A DNA stretch of 64,000 bases from a virus (IMGVR_UViG_2974789010_000001:10182-74181), one strand, 5' to 3'. Counted from the stretch's first letter, positions 39,477-46,798 are shown. The notes: a model not told the origin generated them from the sequence alone. Translations and numbers: made by a program.

Positions 39477-39758
39477 TTAAGCTTTCACTCTTACAATATC
39501 ACTCTCTCCATCCTTCTCAAGAGTAAGTAACTGAGCTTTACTTAAGTCTACTGAATCACCTACTGCTAATGCAGAATCATTACTCAATGGAATATAAGTC
39601 TGCCCTCCTGCTTTCATGAAGAAGCACACACTGTTACCATACTGTGAAGCAACTACCTCAGCCTTATTAACTGCTGCAATTTCTTCTGCTTCAAAACTTC
39701 TTGATGCTTTCAAGTTCCACTTTCCAGCATACACTTGTAACTTACTAAAAATGTTCAT
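39477..39758 (-). CDS. Hypothetical protein, paralog A (about 70 percent identical to 40821..41102)
   Basis: 93 aa, MNIFSKLQVYAGKW...GESDIVRVKA. First gene of the minus-strand block, next to the divergent switch region. Confidence 0.55.
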   Translation of the reverse strand: MNIFSKLQVYAGKWNLKASRSFEAEEIAAVNKAEVVASQYGNSVCFFMKAGGQTYIPLSNDSALAVGDSVDLSKAQLLTLEKDGESDIVRVKA

Positions 39759-39821
39759 AATGTAAATTGTTAAATGTTAATGATATGTTATAACACCAAC
39801 TCGTGTTGAGTGTCAGGAGCT

Positions 39822-39838
39822 AAGGAGGAGTAATGAGC
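39822..39838. repeat. Repeat motif AAGGAGGAGTAATGAGC, copy 1 of 4
   Basis: Identical 17-mer at 40144..40160. Related copies at 41165..41179 and 41458..41472. Each paralog gene has one copy about 70 nt and one copy about 385 nt upstream. Confidence 0.6.
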
Positions 39839-40143
39839 CATGCTCTTAAGATTCAGTATTATACTAACACTAGAAGAGTATTAGTAATAGGCTAATTATC
39901 ACTATTCACTATCTAATTATAACACATTGCTCCTATCTCTTTACTCTAGCCTACTAATTTTAGATTGTTTGGCGAAGCCAAACCTTCCACTTCAAGTACT
40001 GAATAACTCACTATTGATAGTTATTGCTTATACCAATTGCATAAGTTTACTCTCTTGATTAGCACTATTACTACTCAAACTTACTACAAACTTCAATAAC
40101 TAGACTAATATAAACTCACAACTCAGAGTAACCACAAGTACCA

Positions 40144-40160
40144 AGGAGGAGTAATGAGCT
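40144..40160. repeat. Repeat motif AAGGAGGAGTAATGAGC, copy 2
   Basis: Exact match to copy 1. Confidence 0.6.
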
Positions 40161-40196
40161 TTAATTGTTATTTATTGTTAATGAAATTTGGATATC

Positions 40197-40222
40197 TCAA
40201 TTATTTTACTTATCTTTGCATT
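40197..40222 (+). promoter_or_regulatory. Promoter-like motif ATTATTTTACTTATCTTTGCATTTC (variant of the recurring TTTTACTTACCTTTGCAAG motif)
   Basis: Same core as the motifs at 41587, 42158, 53192 and 59837. Contains TAtcTTTG (Bacteroidota -7 TAnnTTTG). Confidence 0.45.
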
Positions 40223-40512
40223 TCAGAGACATAGCAAGTATTTAGATTACTTAATAAGTCTCTTAGACATAGGAGCATACATTAGGTGGTAATTTGTTGC
40301 AGCCAACATAGGAGAATAAAGGGTACTATTAGTAGGGCACAGGTAATGCAACCTAGAGATAACTGAGAGAGAATACTAATAATATATAAACGGGGTTATC
40401 AACTAGTGGTATGTAGTTTGCTAGAAGGTTAGAGAAAGCACTTCTGGTCTCTCCTATACCTAAGGGATTCTGATTAAGAGATAATCTAGAGAATAACTCA
40501 AATTATACCCAA

Positions 40513-40746
40513 ATGGCAAATCAAATTAAAAGAAAACTAGCATTAGCAGGAATTCCAGTTAAGAGTTACTCTGTATATGATATGGAATTACTTGAACAAT
40601 ACAAGCAAACTAATGAGTATAAAAAGAAAGAAAAATATAAGAAGGAGTTGATAGCTAAAGCTAAAAAGAAAGGCAAGGTTAACTATGATGAAATATATGA
40701 TAAAGTATATCCAAAGACTAAATATAATGTAAGAGCTAAGTATTAA
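40513..40746 (+). CDS. Small Lys-rich basic protein
   Basis: 77 aa, about 30 percent Lys (KKKEKYKKELIAKAKKKGK). Confidence 0.45.
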   Translation: MANQIKRKLALAGIPVKSYSVYDMELLEQYKQTNEYKKKEKYKKELIAKAKKKGKVNYDEIYDKVYPKTKYNVRAKY

Positions 40747-40774
40747 ATTTAGCTCTTTTTTTATTGCTTCTACC

Positions 40775-40812
40775 TTATGGGTAAAAAAGAAAAGTGAGGG
40801 ATTAACCCTCAC
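40775..40812 (-). terminator. Rho-independent terminator for gene 40821..41102
   Basis: Minus strand: hairpin GTGAGGG-TTAAT-CCCTCAC followed by TTTTCTTTTTT. Confidence 0.65.
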
Positions 40813-40820
40813 TCATTATA

Positions 40821-41102
40821 CTAAATACTCACTCTAACAATGTCTGATTCACCATCCTTAGACAAAGTAACTAACTGTGCCTTAGCTAAGTCAATAGACT
40901 CACCAACAGCAACAGTGGCATCATTAGATAATGGTATGTAGGTCTGACCACCAGCAACCATAGTAAACATCACTGAGTTACCATACTGTGATGGCACAAC
41001 AACTGCTGACTTAACAGCATTGATTTCCTCAGCATCAAATGCTCTTGTAGATTTAACACTCCACTTACCTGCATAAACTTGTAAACTTGCAAAGATATTC
41101 AT
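40821..41102 (-). CDS. Hypothetical protein, paralog B of 39477..39758
   Basis: 93 aa, MNIFASLQVYAGKW...GESDIVRVSI. Confidence 0.55.
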   Translation of the reverse strand: MNIFASLQVYAGKWSVKSTRAFDAEEINAVKSAVVVPSQYGNSVMFTMVAGGQTYIPLSNDATVAVGESIDLAKAQLVTLSKDGESDIVRVSI

Positions 41103-41164
41103 AATATAAGTATGGTTAACCTAAGCACCAAAAGGTTCAAAATGTTAGTTAATTCAAATACAAT

Positions 41165-41179
41165 GGAAGAGTAATGAGT
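41165..41179. repeat. Repeat motif variant GGAAGAGTAATGAGT, copy 3
   Basis: Related to the 17-mer at 39822 and 40144. About 65 nt upstream of the start of gene 40821..41102. Confidence 0.5.
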
Positions 41180-41365
41180 TTAATAGTTATACCACTCACT
41201 ATAAGCATCACCTCCTGATACAGTATCCACATAATCAGGGTAGCATGATTCAAGGTCATTAATGTAGTTAATAGCTGCATCATACCTGTTAGTTAGGAAT
41301 TGTACTAAGGTTAATGATAGTACTAAGAACAGTGCTAAGACTGCAATGATAAGATTCTTCTTCAT
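41180..41365 (-). CDS. Small secreted or membrane protein
   Basis: 61 aa with an N-terminal hydrophobic segment. Confidence 0.35.
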   Translation of the reverse strand: MKKNLIIAVLALFLVLSLTLVQFLTNRYDAAINYINDLESCYPDYVDTVSGGDAYSEWYNY

Positions 41366-41457
41366 GATTATAATGTTTTAAGTTCAAATACTATGGATAA
41401 GTAATAAGCATTCTATGCTAAACTAGGAGGGGGAGGAACCCCAAATTCAAAGTCTAT

Positions 41458-41472
41458 GGGGGTGTAATGAGT
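41458..41472. repeat. Repeat motif variant GGGGGTGTAATGAGT, copy 4
   Basis: Related to copies 1-3. Confidence 0.45.
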
Positions 41473-41586
41473 AATTGATACTCACATAGATAAATATTCT
41501 AAAAAAAAAAATTAGAAGTTAGGTCTAACACTCCCCCTACCTTAACTCACTTAGTTAAACTTTTATAATTACTTGCACATGTTATT

Positions 41587-41609
41587 TATTATACTTACCT
41601 TTGCAAAGC
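41587..41609 (+). promoter_or_regulatory. Promoter-like motif TTATTATACTTACCTTTGCAAAG
   Basis: Recurring motif containing TAccTTTG (Bacteroidota -7 consensus TAnnTTTG). About 30 nt upstream of the ATG at 41641. Confidence 0.55.
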
Positions 41610-41640
41610 AATGAAATATTAGACACTAAACTATATAACT

Positions 41641-42033
41641 ATGAAGAAAGTTTGGAAGTTTATAGAAGATTGGATATGGCAACTACCACAGAATCTATGT
41701 GGTATAATCTATAAGAATGCTATTAAGAATGATATAATATCAAATATAAATGCAGACTCTGGGTATAGTATATACCTAAAAAGAAGTAATGGTGGAGTTA
41801 CTCTTGGTAAATACATATTTGTATATCAAAGATACAGTGATTTATCAAAGACAATTCAGCATGAAACAGGTCATGTTAAGCAGAGTAAAATACTAGGTCC
41901 ATTATACCCTATTGTAGTAGGTATTCCATCAATAATACATGCTGCATTACATAAGAATAAGTGTAAAGATGCTAACTATTATCACTTCTATACAGAAGCT
42001 TGGGCTAATAAGTTAGCAGGACTTAAGGTATGA
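41641..42033 (+). CDS. Small HExxH-motif protein (putative zinc metallopeptidase-like)
   Basis: IQHETGHVKQS. Paralog-like to 62174..62650 (HETIH). Confidence 0.45.
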   Translation: MKKVWKFIEDWIWQLPQNLCGIIYKNAIKNDIISNINADSGYSIYLKRSNGGVTLGKYIFVYQRYSDLSKTIQHETGHVKQSKILGPLYPIVVGIPSIIHAALHKNKCKDANYYHFYTEAWANKLAGLKV

Positions 42034-42157
42034 TGTCATGTATTTAAGTGGACAAGCCACTTGTTAATACTCTTCTAGTGCTACAGACTAACTTGATTAT
42101 CAGTGGCTTGACATTTGTTAACTAAAATATATTGCATTTTATTTGCATATATCAATG

Positions 42158-42179
42158 ATTTTACTTACCTTTGCAGAGT
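42158..42179 (+). promoter_or_regulatory. Promoter-like motif GATTTTACTTACCTTTGCAGAG, with TTTG about 21 nt upstream
   Basis: The -7-like TAccTTTG sits at 42166-42173 and TTTG at 42142-42145. This spacing fits Bacteroidota sigma-A promoters. The motif precedes the tRNA cluster. Confidence 0.55.
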
Positions 42180-42196
42180 CATTTGATAAGAGATAC

Positions 42197-42269
42197 TGCC
42201 CCATAGTATAAAGGGTTATTACATATGATTTTGGCTCATATAATGTAGGTTCAATTCCTGCTGGGGTAA
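42197..42269 (+). tRNA. tRNA-Gln (anticodon TTG)
   Basis: Acceptor TGCCCCA/TGGGGTA, anticodon arm TATGA-TTTTGGC-TCATA, T-arm GTAGG-TTCAATT-CCTGC. Confidence 0.65.
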
Positions 42270-42285
42270 CTGTTGATTAATAGAT

Positions 42286-42879
42286 ATGATAGAAAATAAT
42301 AAAGAAACTTTAGAGAGATTAATATTAGAAGAGGAAAAATCCTATGAAGAAATAGGAAGGATGTTTAATGTGTCAGGCAATGCTATAAAGAAAAGAGCAC
42401 TGAAATTTGGAATGGAATTGCCTAAAAGGAGAGTTATAAATAACTCAGAGAATTTTAATAAAGGTCTAGTTAAAGTTAATATGAATACCTGTAAGACTTG
42501 TGGGAGGGAGTACAAGTTAAGGAAGTCTAATTCTAACCATTACTGCTCTCACAAATGTCAGCAATTAGCTAGACATAAAGAGGCATACAACAAGATAAAA
42601 GTAGGAGATAGCTCAATAATGAGAGCTAATTATTCTCCCTCTTTATTCAGAGAGGATATATTAAAGGAGCAGGGAAATAAATGTGATATATGTGGTATAT
42701 CTCCTATATGGAATGAAAAGAAATTGGTATTTATAGTAGACCATATAGATGGAAATGCTTCAAACAATAGAAGAGATAACCTTAGATGTATATGTCCTAA
42801 TTGTGACTCTCAATTAGATACTTATAAGTCTAAAAATAAAAATGGAGCAAGATATTATTATAGATATAAGCAGGGATAG
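42286..42879 (+). CDS. HNH homing endonuclease
   Basis: VFIVDHIDGNASNNRRDNLRCICPNCD. Confidence 0.7.
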   Translation: MIENNKETLERLILEEEKSYEEIGRMFNVSGNAIKKRALKFGMELPKRRVINNSENFNKGLVKVNMNTCKTCGREYKLRKSNSNHYCSHKCQQLARHKEAYNKIKVGDSSIMRANYSPSLFREDILKEQGNKCDICGISPIWNEKKLVFIVDHIDGNASNNRRDNLRCICPNCDSQLDTYKSKNKNGARYYYRYKQG

Positions 42880-42953
42880 AACGTAATGGAAGCGTAATAG
42901 TCTTCTAAACTATTGTCTTTATGACCTTGTGAGTTCGAGTCTCACTCCCTGTA
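42870..42953 (+). tRNA. tRNA with anticodon loop CTTCTAA (anticodon TCT, Arg-like) and a 15-nt variable region
   Basis: Acceptor GCAGGGA/TCCCTGT, anticodon arm ATAGT-CTTCTAA-ACTAT, T-arm GTGAG-TTCGAGT-CTCAC. The 5' end overlaps the stop of the HNH ORF. Confidence 0.5.
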
Positions 42954-43059
42954 CTTGGATTTTCTATTTCATAATGTAAATGAACTACAATGGGATAAAT
43001 TGGATTTCATGTTTTTAGACCACTCTGGTCTGTGAAGATAGGAGTGGTTATTTTTTAAA

Positions 43060-43134
43060 TGTTGGGTTGGACAAATTGGTTAAGTCACCACCCTTTCAAG
43101 GTGGTCAATATGGGTTCAGGTCCTATATCCTCCG
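43060..43134 (+). tRNA. tRNA-like sequence, possibly Glu (TTC), with a poorly paired acceptor stem
   Basis: Clear anticodon arm CCACC-CTTTCAA-GGTGG and T-arm ATGGG-TTCAGGT-CCTAT. I could not pair the acceptor stem. Possible pseudo-tRNA. Confidence 0.3.
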
Positions 43135-43140
43135 CATAAT

Positions 43141-43213
43141 ATAGGTGTAATTCAGTTGGTAGAATGCTGCATTTGGGATGCAGTTGTCACAGGTTCGAGT
43201 CCTGTCATCTATA
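43141..43213 (+). tRNA. tRNA-Pro (TGG)
   Basis: Acceptor ATAGGTG/CATCTAT, D-arm ATTC...GAAT, anticodon arm CTGCA-TTTGGGA-TGCAG, T-arm CACAG-GTTCGAGT-CCTGT. Confidence 0.7.
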
Positions 43214-43218
43214 CAAAT

Positions 43219-43290
43219 GGGTCATGTAGTGTAATTGGCTAACACATCACATTTGCACTGTGAAGTTGGGGTTCAAGTCCCACATGTATC
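43219..43290 (+). tRNA. tRNA-Ala (TGC), approximate boundaries
   Basis: Anticodon arm TCACA-TTTGCAC-TGTGA and T-loop GGGGTTCAAGTCCC. Acceptor pairing is only partly resolved. Confidence 0.5.
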
Positions 43291-43364
43291 CACTTGTTTT
43301 CATGTTTTCATAATGTTAGAGTTTTTAGTTCACAGGTCTAGGGTACACCTTAAGTACCCTGCAC

Positions 43365-43438
43365 TGCTCCTTAGTTCAGTGGTTTAGAATAGCACTTTTA
43401 CACAGTGAAGGTCATTAGTTCGATTCTAATAGGAGCAA
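43365..43438 (+). tRNA. tRNA-Val (TAC)
   Basis: Acceptor TGCTCCT/AGGAGCA (perfect), D-arm GTTC-AGTGGTTTA-GAAT, anticodon loop TTTACAC, T-arm ATTAG-TTCGATT-CTAAT. Confidence 0.7.
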
Positions 43439-43447
43439 CATTTAATT

Positions 43448-43518
43448 GGGAGTATAGCTCGAAGGTCGAGCACTTGACTGTTAATCAATAGGTGAAAGTT
43501 CGATTCTTTCTATTCCCG
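43448..43518 (+). tRNA. tRNA-Asn (GTT)
   Basis: Acceptor GGGAGTA/TATTCCC, D-arm GCTC...GAGC, anticodon arm CTTGA-CTGTTAA-TCAAT, T-loop GTTCGATTC. Confidence 0.7.
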
Positions 43519-43519
43519 C

Positions 43520-43768
43520 ATGGAAGAAATAAGATATTGTAATAAACATGGAAACACTTTATTTGCAGTAGATTCAGAAGGCAGATGGAGGTGTAGAAAA
43601 TGTAGAGTTGAAGCTGTACAGAAAAGAAGAGAAAGAACCAAAGAAATGGCTGTAGAATACAAAGGTGGAAAATGTTGTATTTGTGGCTATGATAGGTATC
43701 TTGGAGCTTTGGAGTTTCATCATTTAGACCCAGATGAAAAAGACTTTGTTATGTACATTAGAGTTTGA
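43520..43768 (+). pseudogene. Truncated HNH endonuclease ORF (N-terminal zinc finger and HH motif only)
   Basis: CNKHGN...CRKC...CCICGY...ALEFHHLDPDEKDF, then the ORF ends before the final CxxC-H block expected in a complete HNH domain. Starts inside the 3' end of tRNA-Asn. Confidence 0.45.
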
Positions 43769-43859
43769 AACAAGTGAGAAAGATATAGTGAACTATGAAT
43801 CTTATGCACTATTCAAGGGTATGGGTAATGATACATTAGGTCATTATAATACATAATAT

Positions 43860-43930
43860 GTATCCTTAGTTTAATGATAGAATGTTGCTCTCCAAAAGCA
43901 AAGGTAGTAGTTCGATTCTATTAGGATATG
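43860..43930 (+). tRNA. tRNA-Trp (CCA)
   Basis: Acceptor GTATCCT/AGGATAT, anticodon arm TTGCT-CTCCAAA-AGCAA, T-arm AGTAG-TTCGATT-CTATT. Confidence 0.7.
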
Positions 43931-43936
43931 CTATAT

Positions 43937-44013
43937 TGAGTTGTATCTCCTCTGTCTGATAAGCAGTAGAAAGAGTAATTGGTCACATGTGGGTTCAATT
44001 CCCACCTTCTCAA
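43937..44013 (+). tRNA. tRNA-like sequence, degenerate
   Basis: Clear T-arm GTGGG-TTCAATT-CCCAC and a partial acceptor TGAGTTG/CTTCTCA (5 of 7 bp). No clean anticodon arm found. Confidence 0.3.
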
Positions 44014-44019
44014 CTTATA

Positions 44020-44094
44020 TTCTGATATACTTCAACAGGTAGGAGGCTGCTCTCATAAGGCAGTAGTTATAGGTTCAAGTCCTATTATCAGAAC
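44020..44094 (+). tRNA. tRNA-Met (CAT)
   Basis: Acceptor TTCTGAT/ATCAGAA, anticodon arm CTGCT-CTCATAA-GGCAG, T-arm TTATAGGTTCAAGTCCTATTA. Confidence 0.7.
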
Positions 44095-44167
44095 TGTGTG
44101 GATAGCTTATCTGGTAAAAGTGCTTCACTGTGAATGAAGAGATAGGGTTCGAGTCCCTGCCACACCC
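44095..44167 (+). tRNA. tRNA-His (GTG)
   Basis: Anticodon arm CTTCA-CTGTGAA-TGAAG, T-arm TAGGG-TTCGAGT-CCCTG, acceptor GTGTGG/CCACAC with an extra 5' nucleotide. Confidence 0.65.
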
Positions 44168-44181
44168 TTTTAACTTATAAT

Positions 44182-44255
44182 GCTGAGGTAGCACAAGTGG
44201 TAAATGCAGATGGCTTATATCCATAAGATAGTGGGTTCAAATCCTACCCTCAGTA
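44182..44255 (+). tRNA. tRNA with anticodon TAT (Ile-AUA reader?)
   Basis: Acceptor GCTGAGG/CCTCAGT, anticodon loop CTTATAT, T-arm GTGGG-TTCAAAT-CCTAC. Confidence 0.55.
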
Positions 44256-44264
44256 CAATTAAAT

Positions 44265-44337
44265 GCCTCTATAGCTGAATGGTTAAAGCTGCTCCCTCTT
44301 AAGGAGAAGATTCTAAGTTCGATTCTTAGTGGAGGTA
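44265..44337 (+). tRNA. tRNA-Lys (CTT)
   Basis: Acceptor GCCTCTA/TGGAGGT, anticodon loop CTCTTAA, T-arm CTAAG-TTCGATT-CTTAG. Confidence 0.6.
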
Positions 44338-44458
44338 CATAGTTTATAGGATACTTGATTTGGGACAGAAGGCTTACACAACTGCTCCACCAGAGGACAA
44401 CCATTAAGATAACCAGTCAAGATATAGATGATAATGTCATGGAAGCTAACTATAAAAC

Positions 44459-44531
44459 TCCCCTATAGCAGACAGGTTGTGGGCACTAATCTTTTAAATT
44501 AGGAGGTCTGGTTCAATTCCAGATGGGGGAA
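44459..44531 (+). tRNA. tRNA-Lys (TTT)
   Basis: Acceptor TCCCCTA/TGGGGGA, anticodon arm CTAAT-CTTTTAA-ATTAG, T-arm TCTGG-TTCAATT-CCAGA. Confidence 0.65.
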
Positions 44532-44542
44532 CAAAATATAAT

Positions 44543-44637
44543 GGGTACATAACATCAGCAGACTGTAAATCTGCCCTCCTTTATCAAATTGATGTAATGG
44601 ACTTTGGAGTAGGGGAGTTCGAGTCTCTCTGTGCCCA
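44543..44637 (+). tRNA. tRNA-Tyr (GTA)-like with aberrant architecture (very short D region, 38-nt variable region containing a hairpin)
   Basis: Acceptor GGGTACA/TGTGCCC, anticodon arm GCAGA-CTGTAAA-TCTGC, T-arm GGGAG-TTCGAGT-CTCTC. Only about 8 nt separate the acceptor from the anticodon stem. The variable region contains ATCAA-A-TTGAT. Confidence 0.45.
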
Positions 44638-44705
44638 CTTCAACAGAAATCTTTGTCCTTGACTTATGGAAGGTGATGTAGGTAGAGATACAAATAAGTC
44701 ATTAT

Positions 44706-44780
44706 GGGTGCTGGGCAGGTATGGTTACATTGCGCAGGTCTGAAAAACCTGAGAATAAAGTTCGATTCTTTAAACACCCA
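44706..44780 (+). tRNA. tRNA-Phe (GAA)
   Basis: Acceptor GGGTGCT/AACACCC (one mismatch), anticodon arm CAGGT-CTGAAAA-ACCTG, T-arm TAAAG-TTCGATT-CTTTA. Confidence 0.7.
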
Positions 44781-44785
44781 CTAAT

Positions 44786-44874
44786 GCCCTTTTGGTGGAA
44801 TTTGGTAGACACTCTGGATTTAGGCTCCAGTACGAAATAATAGTAGTGTAAGAGTTCGAGTCTCTTAGAGGGCA
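44786..44874 (+). tRNA. tRNA-Leu (TAG), type II
   Basis: Acceptor GCCCTTT/AGAGGGC, anticodon arm CTGGA-TTTAGGC-TCCAG, 19-nt variable arm, T-arm AAGAG-TTCGAGT-CTCTT. Confidence 0.7.
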
Positions 44875-44875
44875 C

Positions 44876-45331
44876 ATGAATAGTAAAAGAAAATATATAG
44901 AGGATAATATTGATTTCATTCTAAAATGTAATGAGGAAAGATTACCATTAGTAGAAGTTTCAAGGAGATTAAAAGTTAAGTATTTAACTTTAAGAAAATA
45001 CATTAAACTACTAAATATTCCTTATACAAACAATCCTAATAGAAAGGGTCTTCCACATACAGATGGAAGGAAATCAATAGAGGAAATATTGCATGGAAAT
45101 AGTTCTAATACTTTTAAGAGAATAGTTCTTATAAGAGAGGGAATTAAAGAAGAAGTGTGTGAATGTTGTAAGTTATCAGAATGGATGGGTAAGCCAATTC
45201 CATTAGAATTACATCATATAGATTTTAATCATTATAATAATGATTTATCTAACATTCAAATATTATGTGCTAACTGTCACATGCAAGCTCATAACTATAG
45301 TAATACAAGGGAAGCTGGTGCAACTGGTTGA
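44876..45331 (+). CDS. HNH homing endonuclease flanked by two tRNA-Leu(TAG) genes
   Basis: CECCKLSEWMGKPIPLELHHIDFNHYNNDLSNIQILCANCH. The last roughly 12 codons overlap the 5' half of the second tRNA-Leu. Confidence 0.75.
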   Translation: MNSKRKYIEDNIDFILKCNEERLPLVEVSRRLKVKYLTLRKYIKLLNIPYTNNPNRKGLPHTDGRKSIEEILHGNSSNTFKRIVLIREGIKEEVCECCKLSEWMGKPIPLELHHIDFNHYNNDLSNIQILCANCHMQAHNYSNTREAGATG

Positions 45332-45395
45332 GACACAATGGATTTAGGCTCCATAAGTAGAAATACTTCTAAGGGTTCGACTCCCTTGCTTCCTA
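45309..45395 (+). tRNA. tRNA-Leu (TAG), second copy, type II
   Basis: Acceptor GGGAAGC/GCTTCCT, anticodon arm ATGGA-TTTAGGC-TCCAT, 16-nt variable arm AAGTA...TACTT, T-arm AAGGG-TTCGACT-CCCTT. Confidence 0.7.
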
Positions 45396-45453
45396 CTACA
45401 ACATTTTTTAACAATAAAAAGTATGTGATTTACTTGTATAGTTCAATTAAAAT

Positions 45454-45470
45454 ACATACCTTTGTAACAT
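45454..45470 (+). promoter_or_regulatory. Promoter-like motif TACATACCTTTGTAACA
   Basis: TAccTTTG core, about 20 nt upstream of the ATG at 45487. Confidence 0.45.
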
Positions 45471-45486
45471 CAAAACAAAGAGATAT

Positions 45487-45933
45487 ATGGAATATGGTTT
45501 ACTAACTCCAATTGAGGATAATGAGGTAAATGAAACATCATTTAATGGTGCAGAATTCTTTATTAACTTCATAAATAAACTAGAAGGTTACAAGACAAAG
45601 TGTAAGAATCTTCACTGGGCAGCACCTAAGAAGAATATTCATGTTTACTTAGATGACTTTCTAGAGAAAGTCGAAGACTTTCAAGATATTCTAGCAGAAG
45701 GTTATATGGGAATTTTAGGTAAGATGCAGCCTAATGTTATTAAAGGAGTCCCTAGTGATGCACTAAATGCAATGGACTTCATTGAAGAAGTTAGGAGTAA
45801 TACACTAGCTTTCTATGATAAGATTCCCCAAGAAACAATCTATGTTGGTATCAAGTCTGAGTGTGAGACTTTCATTCAAGAGGTTAATCAATACAAGTAT
45901 TTATTTAGCTTGTGTGATATTAGACCTTACTAA
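45487..45933 (+). CDS. Hypothetical protein
   Basis: 148-aa ORF. Confidence 0.45.
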   Translation: MEYGLLTPIEDNEVNETSFNGAEFFINFINKLEGYKTKCKNLHWAAPKKNIHVYLDDFLEKVEDFQDILAEGYMGILGKMQPNVIKGVPSDALNAMDFIEEVRSNTLAFYDKIPQETIYVGIKSECETFIQEVNQYKYLFSLCDIRPY

Positions 45934-45934
45934 T

Positions 45935-46010
45935 AGCTTAGTGGTGCAACTTGGTAGACACAACAGACTTAAACCCTGTACAAGTGAGGGTTCAACTCCC
46001 TCCTAAGCTA
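45935..46010 (+). tRNA. tRNA with anticodon TAA (would read UUA) but class I (short variable loop) architecture
   Basis: Acceptor AGCTTAG/CTAAGCT (perfect), anticodon region ACAGA-CTTAAAC-CCTGT (4 bp plus a mismatch), 6-nt variable loop, T-arm GAGGG-TTCAACT-CCCTC. Confidence 0.55.
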
Positions 46011-46020
46011 CTAAGTTAAT

Positions 46021-46092
46021 GCTTCTTTCATATAAAGGTTATTATGCCTCTCTTGTAAAGAGGTCATGTGGGTTCAATTCCTACAAGAAGCT
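46021..46092 (+). tRNA. tRNA-Thr (TGT)
   Basis: Acceptor GCTTCTT/AAGAAGC (perfect), anticodon arm CCTCT-CTTGTAA-AGAGG, T-arm GTGGG-TTCAATT-CCTAC. Confidence 0.75.
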
Positions 46093-46254
46093 CAAGAAGT
46101 TACTAAAAGCTGTGTTCCATTCAGTGACAGAGTAACATTCCTTGGCTCAATGGAAACTAGGTTTTTATCATTTTTCCCTAGTGAGATGTGAAGGAAGGTG
46201 CTGGCTAAGGTCATCCCAGCAAGAGAAGTACCAGTTGCCAAATCTTCTCAATAA

Positions 46255-46327
46255 GCAGGTGTGGTGTAGTGCTTTACATGTCTGCCTTCCAAGCAGAAGA
46301 CCAAGGGTTGGAATCCCTTTACCTGCA
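46255..46327 (+). tRNA. tRNA-Gly (TCC)
   Basis: Acceptor GCAGGTG/TACCTGC, anticodon arm TCTGC-CTTCCAA-GCAGA, T-arm AAGGG-TTGGAAT-CCCTT. Confidence 0.7.
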
Positions 46328-46342
46328 CAAACTTAGATAAAG

Positions 46343-46798
46343 TTGAAAGACAATATTATGAAAGAAAGTAGGAAAAAGAAAGATGAACAATTAGGAATGC
46401 CACTAGGAACTGCTAGTGCCAAACTTAGAAAGTCAATACTATTCTCTTTATTAAGAGAATCTCATAAGAATGTATGCTATCAATGTGGTAGAATAATAGA
46501 TGAAGAAGATGAGTTATCTATAGAACATAAGATACCTTGGCTGGATTCTGATAATCCAAAAGAGCTATTCTTTAATTTAGAGAATATAGCATTCTCACAT
46601 CTGTCCTGCAATATAAGTGCTGCTAGGCAGAATAGAGAGGGCAAAAGAGAATCTCAAAGAAAATTAGTAGTAGAGGGAAGAACTAAAAGAACTAATCTCA
46701 CTATAGAAACAGTGAGAAATATAAAAACTGATTTAGCTACTATGAGTAGAAAAGACATATGTAATAAATATGGTATTACTAAAATCTACTTTGGCTAA
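46343..46798 (+). CDS. HNH homing endonuclease
   Basis: CYQCGRIIDEEDELSIEHKIPWLD...NIAFSHLSCN. Confidence 0.65.
   Translation: MKDNIMKESRKKKDEQLGMPLGTASAKLRKSILFSLLRESHKNVCYQCGRIIDEEDELSIEHKIPWLDSDNPKELFFNLENIAFSHLSCNISAARQNREGKRESQRKLVVEGRTKRTNLTIETVRNIKTDLATMSRKDICNKYGITKIYFG

Noticed and set aside
39781-39812. Apparent palindrome ACACCAACTCGTGTTGAGTGT upstream of repeat copy 1
   Set aside because: Position-by-position comparison with its reverse complement shows it is not palindromic.
39831-41480. Mini-ORFs of 3-27 codons starting at the ATG within each AAGGAGGAGTAATGAG motif
   Set aside because: Too short and not conserved between copies beyond MS. Interpreted as a regulatory repeat rather than genes.
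46142-46336. 64-aa ORF overlapping tRNA-Gly
   Set aside because: Overlaps a well-formed tRNA and has a low-complexity translation. Spurious.
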